Source of the DNA: Mobula birostris
Lineage: Eukaryota
DNA length: 64,000 bases
NCBI RefSeq assembly: GCF_030028105.1
Contig: NC_092379.1
Coordinates: forward strand, 87,097,006-87,161,005
Direction: 5' to 3'
The position numbers and the translations under genes are program-made. A model generated the notes under the pieces. It ran no database searches, was not told where the DNA came from, and saw only the letters and a program-made list of their open reading frames with translations. Positions 26,071-39,285 of this stretch are shown here, piece after piece; position 1 is the first letter of the stretch, and the number at the start of each line of letters is the position of its first letter.

Positions 26071-26714
26071 TAGTTATTTCTTTGTCAATTTAATTTAAAG
26101 GCTGCATATCCTGATCTGTTAGATTCATTGAAATGCCTTTATTAATGCAATTCACACTCTGCTAGATCTGTTAGCACAAACACACACAATGTTTGCGCAC
26201 ATACACATGCAAAACTTACATTGCCTGCATGTACACACATACATATAAGGCATTTTGATTGCCATTTTCTACTGTGCCCAACATTGAAAGCACTCACTAA
26301 GGATTAACTGATCCCATGTCCAGAAATTTTGATGGCACTGTAGTCTCCAATGCAGTAGGCTTTCATTCAATTGTGCTTTCCTGCCTCAAGTTTGTTTTCT
26401 TTTCATGAACTTTCCAATAACTTTACTTCACAAGTTCCATTCTTTCCATTCTCATTGCCAGATTTTTGAATGTGAGCTCTTACTTAGACAAAATGCAGTG
26501 CCAGGAATACACTAAATTACAATGAGGCACAATATTGTCTCCTTGTTTTCTGTTATAAATATTTGTTTTATTGCTATGCTATATAAGCTTTTATTTTGAC
26601 TTTTGAATCATCTTTAGACTCTCAGTTATTACGCTGACAATATGGAGTTCAGCTTTATAGAGGTTATTTCTCTTCTGTGTGCTGAAATTATATTTCAGTT
26701 AAAGGATACAAATA

Positions 26715-28745
26715 AGTGCAAACCAGCTAGATTGACATTTGCAGTAGTAAAACACATTCCATCCTTAATAAAGTGCTAATAGGTTACTTGGAAATGGATT
26801 GCAGGGTTGAGCAGAGTCAACATGAATTGAAAAATAAATCCTTTGGAAGTTTTTGTTGCTTATCTGAATATATAAATAAGGATAATCTTGTTGATGTGGT
26901 GTATTTGGACCCTCAGAAGGCCTTGAAAAATGCCAGACAAGAGATCATTTTTAACAAAATAAGAGTGCATGTTGTTGAGGGAACATCATGTCCATGTTCA
27001 CATATCACTGAGTGTTGGCATGCAGGAGTAGAGAGCAATTAAAAACAGCATACACTGCAAGCGGATTTTGAGTACAAAGGACAAGCATCTTCCTCCAAAT
27101 CTATAAAACCCACTATCTGCATTAATGAGCGGAGACTTGAGCTCCTACATACAAAAGGATATATTGTGATTGAAGAAGTGAAGCAAAGTTTCTTCAGATT
27201 GAATCTGTGGATAATAAGTTTGTCAGATGAAGAAAGATTAAGGAAAATGTGCCACTGCTCTTGAATTTAGATGAATGCTAGGTGACCTTAATGAAATATG
27301 CAAAATTCTTAAGCAGCCTGTTGACGGAGGTGCAGATTTTCTGCTTGAGCAGGGTTAAGGCTGAGGCCTAGAGCCAAGGTCACATTCTCAGAAATAAAGA
27401 TTTAGCTATTCAAGATAGAGATCAAAAGAAATTTATTTTTCCAGAGAGTAGAGTATACTTGGCATTCTCTATCCAAGATGGGAGAGGAGACTCAGACATT
27501 GTATATTTGCAGCAGAGATTTAAAAAAGATGAATATAAAAGAAATCAAGAGATATGAAGTTTGTTTATGAATGTCAGGTTGAGGTAAAGATCAGCCAGGT
27601 TTGTAATAAATAAGGGAACAAAATGAAGCATACAACTGTTTCTATTTCATATGCTCCAACAAATAAACACACCTTTGATGGATGAAATATTATTCTGTTT
27701 TTAAATTAAACAAGGAATTGTTTATAGGATAGATATTATGTTATGGAAATGATTACTTGGATAGATGATTGCATACTAGAGGAACTAAGGGTATGGGGAA
27801 AAGGCAAATAAATGCAGTTTAGTCTATGGTCTGGTCAACCAAGCTTATACTGAATACCAAAACAGAGTCAATGGGCCAAATGGCCTAGTCCAGATCCTAT
27901 TGTTTATGTACTTCCAAGCTTAATAGTGCTGGAGAGGGTACAGAGGAGAATCACCAGGATGTTACCTGGGATGGAACAGTTCAAATTTAAGAAGTGGCAA
28001 GTAACTGCAGATTTTCTCTTAGAGATGCTAAGACTGTTTTTTTTCCCTGCAGACCAGAGGGGATTGTGGTATATACAGTTCTGACAGGTAGTTGGCAGCC
28101 GTTGATCTCAGGGCATCATGCGTTTGTGCCTCTGGTGGGCTGTGTTTTCTCTTGGGTACAATACTTTTGCACGTCACTGACGTAGTCCAAGGGAAGGATA
28201 AGCACCGATACAGCTTGGCACCAGTGTCATCATAGAGGTTGCCAGAGTGAAGTTGTAAACAACATCAAACTTGGACCTCAGTTCCGGATTTCTTCCTCGG
28301 GGTGTACTCCCGAAGACTTGTGGGTATGGCCGCAAGGCAGCAGAGATTTAAAATCAGAGTTTTCCTTCTCCTAGGTGGGCTGCCATCCAAGGCTGACGAG
28401 CCCAACCTGTCTGATGGGTATGGATGGAGAAATATCCAGGAACCTGCTCCCCATATCGGAGGTAGATTAATCTAAAGGCCATTGGTTTACGGTAAGAGGT
28501 AAGCAATTTAGATGTGATATGAGGGGGTCCTCTTTCATCCAGAGTGTGTGAGTACTTGGATTACACTGCCTGAGAGAGTGGTGGAAGCAGGTTTGCTGAC
28601 AGATTTCCAAAGTATTTGTATGAATATTTGAATTGCTTAGACCTTGAAGACTATGGGCAAGTGCTGGACAATAGGGTTAATACAGATGGGTGTCCACTGG
28701 GCATCCTGGATGTGATGGGCTAAATGGCCAGTTTCCAGGTTGTAT
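26715..28745 (+). mobile_element. Cluster of old CR1 RT/3' UTR fragments
   Basis: NLVDVVYLDPQKAL; LERVQRRITRMLPG at ~27930; several CR1-type 3' UTRs. Confidence 0.75.
28095..28410 (+). mobile_element. Short interspersed repeat nested in CR1
   Basis: Shares GATACAGCTTGGCACCAG...AGAGGTTGCCAG and GGGTATGGCCGCAAGGCAG with 45400-45870, and part with 30580-30870; strand tentative. Confidence 0.6.
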
Positions 28746-28799
28746 GAATATGAGTTCATTAAGTTAGTGTATTTCACTTATTTTCTGAAAGGTAGCTCA

Positions 28800-29037
28800 T
28801 GTCTTTGTTTTGACAACATTTACCATCTGCAATGTCTCCTTCATTTTCACAATTTATCTTCTCTTGCACACTGGTCTAGTTGCAGGTTTTTGCTTATGTA
28901 TCTTATTTTGGAAAATTCTATGGTATTTCCTTGCTTTTCCTGTAGATGCAACAAAATGAATCTCAAGGTAATATATGATAACATAAACAGTCTGTACCTT
29001 GATAATAAATTAATTCTGAACTTAGATCTTTGAACTT
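28800..29037 (+). mobile_element. Rex1/Babar-like 3' UTR
   Basis: AAAATGAATCTCAAGGTAATATATGATAACAT...GATAATAAAT...TTTGAACTT, same as 6130-6212. Confidence 0.7.
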
Positions 29038-29889
29038 AACATATCATTGTCTAATGGTGAGTTTCATTCAACTGACTGAACTAAAACCTTAATCTGTTAG
29101 AAATGTAAACCACTATCAGTAATCCTGTATTGATATTGTTAAAGACTTTTTAAACTGTCTTACAGATTGTATGAAGAAATATAATTCCTGTGATTAAATA
29201 TATTTAGAAAATCACATTTTATGAAAATCCTGTGCTATAGTTTGCATAATCTACAATACTATGGCTAGTAATATACTAGTACTATGACTGGTGGAAGCTA
29301 AAATTGATCAAAAAGATGATCCCATGCAGGTCCATTACATGATGTCCCTTTTGCCATTTGCATCTGTCAGGTTTGATTGACTGGCAGTCAGAACAAACGA
29401 TACTGGCAGAGCGACAAAACTAATGAGTGAATGCTCCCTTTTTGAGAGAGAAGTCCAGTCTGTGATTGTTGAATCTGCTGACAAAGCTGCAGGACAACAC
29501 ATGAGAAATCTGCTTGAAGACAAATTTCTCATCGAAGTCAAATATTCAAAGACCTGCCAATGCTGGTGTCTGAGTACATTACTCCACTGGTGTGAATTCA
29601 CTGATGAACTCATATTTTAGCATTAAACTAAAGGCTGCAGATGCTGGAAATGCGTATTAATAGCAGAAAATGCTAGCATTCCCTGAAATGTTAAGTCCCT
29701 TTTTTCTTGCTGCAGCTGCTGTCTAATCCATTGAGTATTTACAGCATTTTCTGAGCAGAACATGGCAGATGGGACATAATCTTGATAAAAGTGAGGAGAT
29801 ATGTTTTGGGAGGATAAAGAAGGGCAGGATACATTAAAAAAAAAGTGATGATGAGCAGAGGGACCATGGGATATTTCTGAAATATCCCA

Positions 29890-30295
29890 AACATCCAATA
29901 TGGCTTCTTCACAGGACCGTGATGAAGAAGGAAATGGGGTGTTTGCCTTCTTTAGTTGTGCCATAGAATATATGAGCTAGGACATCATGTTACAATATTA
30001 TTTAACATTGGTTAGGCCACACTTGGAATGTTGTGTGCACTCTAACAATTATTACACTACAAAAGCTAGAGAGGGGATTCACCAGAATACTAACTAGATT
30101 GGAACATTTTAGTTAAAGGAAGGACTAGTTTGTTTTAATGAAGTGAAGGGTACTGAAAGGTTCCCATAGAACTGTAAAAAGTTATGAGAGAGATCGATAG
30201 GCTAGATAATAAGAATCTTTTTCCAATGATGGGAGTACCTAAAACAATAGTTTTGAGGTATGATGTTGAGAGGAAACTGAAAGGAATGTTTTCTC
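29890..30295 (+). mobile_element. Old CR1 RT C-terminal fragment
   Basis: TLVRPHLECCV motif at ~30005-30040. Confidence 0.7.
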
Positions 30296-30579
30296 ACAAT
30301 AACTCTCCTGGTTACTAAGTCAAATAAAGTCTATTGGATCTGTGTCAATTTGTGAACCCTGTCAATTTCCAGCACCTTGTCTGAAAGGAAAGAGAATGTG
30401 TCAAATTTAAGCAACCATCCATTTAATGGATAGGAACAGCTGTAAAGGAAAGAAATGCATTTCTGGTAATGTACATTTTCTTTCCAGTGTAAATGAACAA
30501 TATATTCCTCCAAAGATGTTATAGACCATTCATTATTTACTTTCATAGTGCAAATAGTTTTACAGTTATCTGTTCTTCA

Positions 30580-30870
30580 GTGGATCCAGATCTTTGGCTG
30601 TCCATCGATTTTCGATGTTGACTAAGGCCTGGGCAAGGTTGTATGGAAGACCAGAAGTTGCCCATGCTGCAAGTCTCCCCTCTCCATGCCACTGATGTTG
30701 TCCAAGGGAAGGGCATTAGGACCCATACAGCTTGGCACCGGTGTCATCACGGAGCAATGTGTGGTTAAGTGCCTTGCTCAAGGATACAACACATTGCCTC
30801 AGCTGAGGCTCAAACTAGCAACCTTCAGATCACTAGTCCTATGCCTTAACCATTTGGCCATGCGCCACAC
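30580..30870 (-). mobile_element. tRNA-derived SINE with CORE-like domain
   Basis: On -: A-box-like TGGCCAAATGG, B-box-like AGTTTGAGCC, then GTATCCTTGAGCAAGGCACTTAACC. Confidence 0.75.
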
Positions 30871-32429
30871 AGATCAAAATCCTTCTAAATGAACTGAAAC
30901 CTTAAATATTCCACTTTTTACTGCTACTTTATTTATGGTGTATTTCCAGCATTTATATTTTTATTTTGGATTTCTGGCATTAGCAACACTGCAAGATTTG
31001 CATTTCTGAATGTTACTATTACCATCTATTATTCGTCCAGCGTTCTTGAGTCATGAAAAATGGTACTATTTTTGGCAAATGTATCCACTTTCTTACAATT
31101 TATCAGAAGTATTAAATTGTATCAAGACAATTTATAGTCTTATAAATAGATTATATCTCAACTTCACTCAGTTTTAGTTTCACTGCCTTACTTGGCTTTG
31201 TGCCATTCAACAAGATTCCTTTTGTGATGTTTCCTGAAATTATCTGCAGTCTTCAATTCTGATACTTTTCAAAGTAAACTGAATTTCATGTCAGATAAGT
31301 TTTTCTAAAACTTTTCTTCGTTCAGTCTAATTCACATTGTGCCCTTGACTTTTTCTGTATGTTTCTCCCTTATGGTGCTCTCCACTGTGTTTTTTCTTGG
31401 TTTTTCAGGAATAAGCACTGATTCTTGATAATGATATCTTTTACAGTCCCCGTTACATTGCAGTAAGGAAATTCTCCTAACCTAAAAACAGGATGGGTAG
31501 GTGAAGTCCAAATCTAAGTTCAAGTTTATTACAGTATGATTAATTCCTGCCATATATATTTTTGTAAATTACCCACTTATAAATTCACTGTGATCTCAGT
31601 TTTGCTCTTCAACATTAACCCTAATTTGTGTAAAGCAACCTATTTTTCATTGGCTGACATTTCCATTCCCTGCATTTGCAAACCACTTCCTGTGGAACTA
31701 AAAATAAGAGACAGTTTTGCTAAGGAATAGACAGAGATAAATTAGATAATTTTCCACTAATGAGTCACTAGTGTTTGCACCCAATGGAGCATATTTCTGA
31801 AGTATTTTCTTTGTATGTGAAATGGAGACTTCATAAGTGCACATTTCTTCCAATAGAAGAGTAGATATTATTCTAATCTTGTCCCCTAGCGACCTTGTCA
31901 CTAGACTATTATAACATCGACATTACAAATGCAATATTTTGTCATTGCTAAAAATAAGAATGACCCCACCACCATTTTTCACTTGTGTTGTTAAATGACC
32001 ACCAATAAAGAGATTTTTTTATCGTTCATCTCTGTCTGATATAGATATCAAAATTCTATGATTGCAACTTTTATAAATGAAAAATAATTGACCTGATCTT
32101 TCCAAATACTAGGTTCATGAAATAAAAGTAATGTTTACCTAACACATCCATTACTGAGCCACTCTTAAAAAAGACTTTTACAATACAAATATTCCATAAA
32201 CTCCCTTTGGTGAGTGCAGATCTATTCATACTAATTGCACTCAATTTATGATTGTTTTAATTATTTTGTATTGAAGTACAGAACATGGGAAATGGTTGCA
32301 AGCCACATATTTTGTGAAGCCTGTTCCACTATTCAGTTAGTTCTTACTAATCCTTTACCTCATCCACTTTCCTACCCAGTCACCAAACCCATTGATTTCC
32401 ACAGTGTGCACTGTAATGTGACCATTAAA

Positions 32430-32442
32430 ATATATATATATA

Positions 32443-32474
<32 letters not shown>
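32430..32474. repeat. (TA)n(TG)n microsatellite
   Basis: Seen directly. Confidence 0.95.
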
Positions 32475-32476
<2 letters not shown>

Positions 32477-32582
32477 CATGGATTCCGGTTAATTGGGCTA
32501 TCGGTTAATCAGCACAGCTGCTTAATTGGGACAACTCTTAAAGAACAAAAACAGATTGAGAAAATAGCTGAGATTCCCTTCA

Positions 32583-32790
32583 CAAACATGAGAAAATCTG
32601 TAGTTGCTGGAAATCCGAGCAACACACACAAAATGCTGGAAGAATTCAGCAGGCCAGGTAGCATCTAAGAAAAGAGCGCTGTCAATGTTTCGGGCCGACA
32701 CTCTTCAGCAGGACTGGAGAAAAAAGCTGAGAGTAAATTTAAAAGGTGGGGAGAGTGGAGAGAGAAACAGAAAGTGATAGGTGAAACCTG
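32583..32790 (-). mobile_element. Penelope pLTR fragment nested in the Tigger-like element
   Basis: 13-bp TSD GAGATTCCCTTCA at 32570-32582/32791-32803; degenerate hammerhead core. Confidence 0.88.
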
Positions 32791-33304
32791 GAGATTCCCT
32801 TCATTTATCTGGAGTACTATGCTGCATAAATGGGACAAGAGACTAACGTCAAGGTTTATAACTAGCATCGGTCACATGCACTGTGGAGCTGTTGAACACT
32901 ACACTGTGCTTACAGCAACTAGTTTTTAAATAGCATCGTCACAGGTATTTGTGTTCAAGAAGCAGTGATTCGTGTTCCTGATAGCTGGTTAGAAATAAGC
33001 AGTAAGCAACTTAGAACTGTTGCCTGTTCAAGCATTCAGGTTCAGAGATTCTGGAAATGACAGGAATGAAAATGAAATGATTTCACTACTTCAACAGGTT
33101 AGGAATATAAAACATTTGAAGGTATCGACAATCATCTTGAATGTTACAATGAAAATGAAGGTTTGGAGGAGGCAGTCATCAAAAGCAATGTATAAAGGCT
33201 GTCAATTATCTGCACTAGAATCCACGCTGATTTTGTTCATTTACAGTCAATCAAAAGAACACAACAGCATACACACTGGATGAATTCCTCTGTCGATAAC
33301 TATT

Positions 33305-33735
33305 AATTCAAAGGTTCATTTTATTGAAAAAATTATGCATGTACAATACAACTCTCATATTCATCTCCTCCAGATAGCTATGCAATACAGAAAAATCATG
33401 GAAGTTGTTGAAAAGCCGTCATTCTCCCACCTCGACATGAAAAAAAACACAAAAATCGCAAAACCCCAAAGCCCCCACCACCCACACAAAAAAAACTAAC
33501 AGATTTTCCACATCTCCAAAATCACAACTCCCCAGCCTTCTCCCTCACAAAATGATAGCAACAATAACATCAAATACCCAGACCCCACCCTCATAGAGAA
33601 TAAACTGACAATAGCATCAAAACCTCCCCAACCACTCTCACACACACAAAACCTAACAGATTTGCCCACACAGAAAAACACCAACAAAGACCAGCATCAG
33701 ACCCAAAATCCCCAACTTCTCCCCCGCACAAAATC
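33305..33735 (-). mobile_element. LINE-type 3' UTR fragment nested in the Tigger-like element
   Basis: Tail AATAAAATGAACCTTTGAAT on -; C/A-rich repeated units. Confidence 0.5.
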
Positions 33736-33885
33736 TATTTCCAAAAAACTTCGCTAATTGGGGCAGCCACTTAATTGGGCCAAAATGTACTGGGTCTGAT
33801 GGGGTCCCAATTAACCGGAATGCACTGTGTGTGTATACATATATATACACAATACACACCCAGTACATAAATGTAATTTTATCAC

Positions 33886-34125
33886 CTATAATAACATAAC
33901 TTGTATTCTTTAAATCATCACTGGTGCTTTGAACATATGCCAAAGTACTTTTATGCATGCTCATTATTTGATGGCAATGAAGCATTTTTTTCATTGCAAA
34001 ATGTGAATAAAGATACAGTGGGAGACTCTTCACTGACGTCAAGGTTCATGGGCAATTCAGGAATGAACTGTATGGGCACTGCCAATGATGTCCATATCCT
34101 ATGAAGGAATGAATTAATTAAGTTC
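33886..34125 (-). pseudogene. Candidate decayed exon, 240 nt, phase 2-2
   Basis: Acceptor CTACTTTTGTTTTAG, donor TAG|GTGATA; NLINSFLHRIWTSLAVPIQFIPELPMNLDVSEESPTVSLFTFCNEKNASLPSNNEHA* then further stops. Confidence 0.45.
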
Positions 34126-34729
34126 CTAAAACAAAAGTAGTGGTGGCATACTCCTTCCCAAATATGGTACAATATGTACCTGGCAATAATTCTTCTTAAG
34201 TAACCTGAGTAGGACTGTGCTATAAAACTAATTTGTTTACTAACCTTTCTTGCTGTAGTTGCTATATTAATATAGAAATATATGTTACGCTGATTACATG
34301 CTTGAAAATAACAAGACCCCTGAGACCTTTTCATAACACCAATTAATCTTCTGCAAATAGCATAGTTTGTTTCAATACAATTTACTCATGCATATGCTTT
34401 ACAAGGTTTTATTTAATTTGTAACAATTTCTAAAAAAATTAAGATCTCTAGTTCAAATTGAACTAGATTTTGAACAATTACAGTAGATTAACACATGTGC
34501 TGTGATCATTTTCTACAAATAGCTTTATCAATGATGATTTTCAGGCTGGTTTAATCATTACCTTATTGTAAAGAAAATTAAATAACATTTACACTTACTT
34601 ATTAATTCCACTATCTGAAAAGTATGATATGATGTAGATGAGCAGTTTTACCCCATTACTTTGTTCTTGCATATGAGCAGAATGATATTTAAGGAAGAGA
34701 CTGCTGTTTGATCTCAGCTAAGATAAAAC

Positions 34730-35020
34730 AGGAGACAGCAGATGCTGGATATCTGAAGAAATGCACAAAGGATCTGGAGGAACTAAACATGTTCAACATT
34801 GACTCTTTATCTTCCCCGCCCCCCATAGCTGCTGACTGACAAGATAAAATAAAATAGTAAAATAGGAGCACGAGGATCTGCGGATGTTGGAAATCTTAAG
34901 CAGCACACAAAAATCCTGGAGGAACTCAACAAGACAGGCAGCATCTATAGAGAGCAATAGAGGAATAAACAGTCAGTGTTTTAGGCCAAGACCCTGCATC
35001 AAGACTGGAAAGGAAAGGGG
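34730..35020. mobile_element. Two Penelope pLTR fragments
   Basis: GCAGATGCTGGA..CTGGAGGAACT motif twice; degenerate hammerhead at ~34970-35005. Confidence 0.7.
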
Positions 35021-36017
35021 AATAATATTTTGTTACAATTAATCTTTGAAGACTTTTGAGAAAGCATGATTTTCTTTGACTTCTCACAACTGATATGAGT
35101 TCCACTGGCTTTGCTCCAACTGTCAAATACAAAGCCAATGATAATGCAATTCACATATCACTTATCATTAATAACTCAAAGCAGTTATTATCTGAAGTTG
35201 TGATAGATGCATATAAATGGAACTAATGCAATAAGACTACAAAAAAACTTCTAATGCAGGTCAAGGAGCATGTATAACATGTATTGCACTGTCCTACACT
35301 TGCATTTTGTGGGAGAAATTCACCTTATGCCATTAATGTGATATGATTGAGAAAGAATCCTGTACTAGTTCTATTGATTTCTACTTATTCAATTTTTTAA
35401 ATCAATGGAACCAAATTTCAACAGGTAAATAAACCAGAAGACTGATAAAAATATTTAACATTGAAAAATGTCTCCTTTGACTATTCTGGTTTTCAGAACT
35501 AGCTTCAGTCTCCAACGCAGAATTTTGGTCATCTACCATTATTTTTGTGGTAAACTCCGAAACATAACATGCTCTATTTTGTTTCTACCCGAGCCAAAAT
35601 TAAGATTGTCATAAACTGTGTAGGAATGAAAATAGGCAGCCATGAGACCACATCATAATAAGGACAGAAGTGTAATTAAAGAGGGATCACTGGAAATAAA
35701 GATGAGGGAGCAGCCTTGGAACTTGTGAGGTGGAACAGCTTTCCAGTCTTTTATAGCGACTGAAAGTTCATATGAAATGCATATAAAAGAGTGCTGTTGA
35801 ATAATTTCAACATGTTCAAAACACTTTGTAATAATTCAGCTACATGTTCGTAGTTCTAAACAACCTGCAGTGTTATTCAGTCTGCATCACACAGATAAAC
35901 TCTGACTGCACTATGAAGACATTGACTTGAAATTACAGTGGTTTCCTCTATTGATACACTGCATAAGTGAATTAAATGGATGGAACCTTAGTGCTATATT
36001 TCAGAGAATGTACTTAC

Positions 36018-36113
36018 ATCAAACCATCTAATCCAATGTGTTTGGAAGAAATGTTCATTAGTAAAATATCAGAAGCATCAGCCATCCTATTCAAATGAAA
36101 TTGGAGAGATGAC
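36018..36113 (-). pseudogene. Candidate exon, 96 nt, open, phase 2-2
   Basis: Acceptor CCTTTCCTGTTTCTAG, donor GAT|GTAAGT; SSLQFHLNRMADASDILLMNISSKHIGLDGL. Confidence 0.55.
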
Positions 36114-36436
36114 CTAGAAACAGGAAAGGCTTAATCAACCATTTGAATGTGGAGCCAATAATTTCAGAGCCATCTTGTGATTCCTTCGGAGTCTCGCTGT
36201 TCTACTATTTCTGAAAAGCACTGAGATGTAGTGCTAGCCAATTTCTTTTCTCTTATAAGGTGGCAGAAGCAGTATATGAGATCCAAAATACATATTGTTT
36301 TTCGCAGTCTATTAAGTGCACTCTAAAGATGTTTTGAGATCATTTATAATTAACCAAATCAAGATACCAGAAAACTAATACTAAAATTGATATAGATAGC
36401 TGAATACGAATGTCGACAATGTATTTGATGCACTAT

Positions 36437-37670
36437 TCTGAATCAGGTTTATTATCACCAGCGTGTGACGTGGTTTGTTAACTCAGCAGCAGCTGTTCAA
36501 TGCAATACATAATATAGAAGAGAAATAAAATAAAATAAAAATAAGAATAATAAATAAATAAATAAATAAATAAATACATTACGGTATACATATATTGAAT
36601 AGATTAAAAACATGCAAAAAACAGAAATACTGTATATTAAAAAAAGTAAGGTAGTGTCCAAGGGTTCAATGTCCATTTAGGAATCGGATGGCAGAGGGGA
36701 AGAAGCTGTTCCTGAATCGCTGAGTGTGTGCCTTCAGTCTTTTGTATCTCCTCCCTGATGGTAACAATGAGAAAAGGGCATGCCCTCGGTGCTAGAGAGC
36801 CTTAATACTGGACGTTGCCTTACTGAGACACAGCTTCCTGAAGATGTCCTGGGTACTTTGTAGTGTAGTACCCAAGATGGAGCTGTCTAGATTTACAACC
36901 TTCTGCAGCTCCTTTTGGTCCTGTGCAGTAGCCTCTCCCCCATACCAGACAGTGATTCAACCTGTCAGAATGCTCTCCACGATACATCCATAGAAGTTTT
37001 TGAGTGTATTTGTTGGCATGCCAATTCTCTTCAAACTCCTAATAAAGTAGAGCCGCTATCTTGCCTTCTTTATGATTACATCGATATGTTGGGACCAGAT
37101 TAGATCCTCAGAGATCTTGACACTCAGGAACTTGAAACTGCTCACTCTCTCCACTTCTGATCCCTCTATGAGGATTGACATGTGTTTCTTTGTGTTACCC
37201 TCCCTGAAGCCCACATTCAGCTCTTTCATCTTACTGATGTTGAGTACCAGGTTGTTGCTGTGGCATCAATCCATTGGCTGGCATATCTCACTCCTGTACA
37301 CCCTCTCGTCACCACCTGAGATTCTACCAACTATGGTTTTATCGTCAGCAAATTTATAGATGGTATTTGAGCTATGCCTACTCACACAGTCATGTGTATA
37401 TAGAGTAGAGCAGTGGGCTAAGCACACACCCCTGAGGTGCACCAGTGTTGATCGCCAGCGGGGAGGGTATGTTATCACCAATCCGCACAGATTGTAGTCT
37501 TCCAGTTAGGAAGTTGAGGATCCAACTACAGAGGGAGGTACAGAGGCCTAGGTTCTGCAAATTCTCAATTAGGATTGTGGGAATGATGGTATTAAACATT
37601 GGGCTACAGTCCATGAACAGCATCCTGACGTAGGTGTTTGTGTTGTCCAGGTGGTCTAAAGCCGTATGGA
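36437..37670 (-). mobile_element. Rex1/Babar-like LINE RT fragment
   Basis: [41 protein letters not shown]; (TTTA)n in 3' UTR; tail AATAAACCTGATTCAGA. Confidence 0.92.
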
Positions 37671-38037
37671 ATCACTAGGAAAGTTTGAACAGTGATGTTT
37701 ATCTAAAGGCATGTCACCAAATCAATGTTCCTTGACCCAACATGGAATTAAAGTCTAAAATAATGTTGTGAATTTTCATGAATCTTTTAAATATTCACAA
37801 TTTCATTGAATATCATATCTGTTCTCATTTCTGATGCCGTTTGATTACCAAGAAGCTAGGAAAATAACTTGGTTGAATGCAACCTACTGCAGGCTCTGGA
37901 ATGGATGGAATATGTTCATGTTGATGCCTGAGTGTATTTATTTGTGCTTATAAAATTCTGCATTGTGACAGCAATAAAATCACATTGAATATATTACAAA
38001 AATCAAAGATTACAATGGAAAATAATACCATATATAC

Positions 38038-38207
38038 CATATATGGACTTAATTGAGGGCTAAATGGTTGAGGTGTTCCAAAGACTTTAAGAGAATGTAC
38101 TAATTTGATTCCAAGTTCAATTTCAAAGTGGGATTTTTTTTTGCTGTCATGACTTGCACAACTTTGCAAACTGAGTAATATGGTAGCATAAATATTTGAG
38201 TGTATAC
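38038..38207 (-). pseudogene. Candidate exon, 170 nt, open, phase 1-0
   Basis: Acceptor TTTATTCTGCACATCTCAG, donor ATG|GTATAT; IHSNIYATILLSLQSCASHDSKKKSHFEIELGIKLVHSLKVFGTPQPFSPQLSPYM; next acceptor TTTTCCTAG at 37855 continues in phase 0 (LLGNQTASEMRTDMIFNEIVNI*). Confidence 0.5.
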
Positions 38208-38292
38208 CTGAGATGTGCAGAATAAACTGCTGATGACGTCAATATTCAGGCCTGCCAGATTGGATAAAGATAATTTAATTTTTAAAACATCA

Positions 38293-39244
38293 CTTTATGC
38301 TTATGACTGTGAGGCTAAGTACAGCTCCAAAGCCGTATTTAACTCTGCTGACGATACCTCTGTTATTGGCCGAATCAAAGGTGTTACCAAATCGGCATAC
38401 AGGAGGAAGACTGAAAATCTCTTTGAATATTGCCACAACAGCAACCTCTCACTCATTGTCAACCAAACTAAACAGTTGATTATTGATTAGAGGAGGAAAC
38501 TGGAGGTCTGTGAGCCAGTGCTTATTAGAGGATTGGAAGTGGAGTGGGTCAGTGACTTTAAATTCCTTGGTTTTATCATTTCAGAGAATCTTTTTTGAGA
38601 ACTGTATTTAATTGTCATTACAAAGAAGGCACAGCAGCACCTCTACTCTCTTACAAGTTTGTAAATTTCGGCATGCCACCTAAAACTTTGACAGCCTTCC
38701 ATAGGTGCACAGTGGAGTGTATCATGACTGGTTGTATCATGGCCTGGTATTAATACACCAATATCCAACAATAGAAAAGCCGACATAAAGTAATGGATAC
38801 AGCCCAGTCCATAATAGGAAAAGCCCTCGCCACCATTAAGCTCATCTACAAGGAGCACAGCTACAAGAAAGCAGCACCCATCATCAAAGATCCCACCATC
38901 CAGGCCATGCTCTCCTCTCACTGCCACCATCACGAAGGAGGTACAGAAGCCTTAGGTCCTACACTACCAGGTTCTAAGAACAGTTATTACCCTTGAACTA
39001 TCAGGCATGGATAACATCACTCATCTCAACACTGAACTGAGTCCTCAACCTATGGACTCACTCTGTGGTCTCTACATCTTATGTTCTCAGTATTATTTAT
39101 TTCCCAAGTTCAACGTTCAAAGTAAATTTATTACCAAAGTAGAACAGTGAGATTAATTTTCTTGTGGGCATACTCAATTAATCCATAATGAGTATTCAAC
39201 CAATGTACAAAAGACAACAAACTGTTCAAATACAAGAAGAAAGA

Positions 39245-39285
<41 letters not shown>

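Larger units (their letters stand above)
29040..32140 (-). pseudogene. Further blocks of putative decayed large exon(s), interrupted by TEs
   Basis: Unique blocks 29040-29620, 30300-30580 and 31000-32140; e.g. YHYQESVLIPEKPRKNTVESTIREKHTEKVKGTM*IRLNEEKF*KNLSDMKFSLL*KVSELKTADNFRKHHK in one frame; residual ORFs 29335-29613, 30331-30546, 31698-31901. Confidence 0.5.
32477..33827. mobile_element. Tigger/pogo-like non-autonomous DNA transposon with nested insertions
   Basis: Terminal inverted repeats CA-TGGATTCCGGTTAATTGGG and CCCAATTAACCGGAATGCACTG; subterminal TTAATTGGG repeats; sits in TA/TG-rich sequence. Confidence 0.8.

Noticed and set aside
30800-30870. tRNA-like sequence with A and B boxes (also ~330-390)
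   Set aside because: It is the head of a SINE, continues into SINE body sequence and lacks a complete cloverleaf.
34447-34467. Perfect 10-bp inverted repeat TCTAGTTCAA-A-TTGAACTAGA
   Set aside because: A single short palindrome in AT-rich DNA with no supporting context; plausibly chance.
20900-38207. Naming the decayed gene (TEX15, TASOR2, CCDC168 and FSIP2-like giant-exon genes were considered)
   Set aside because: None of the translated fragments matched motifs I can recall from those proteins, so a symbol would be a guess.
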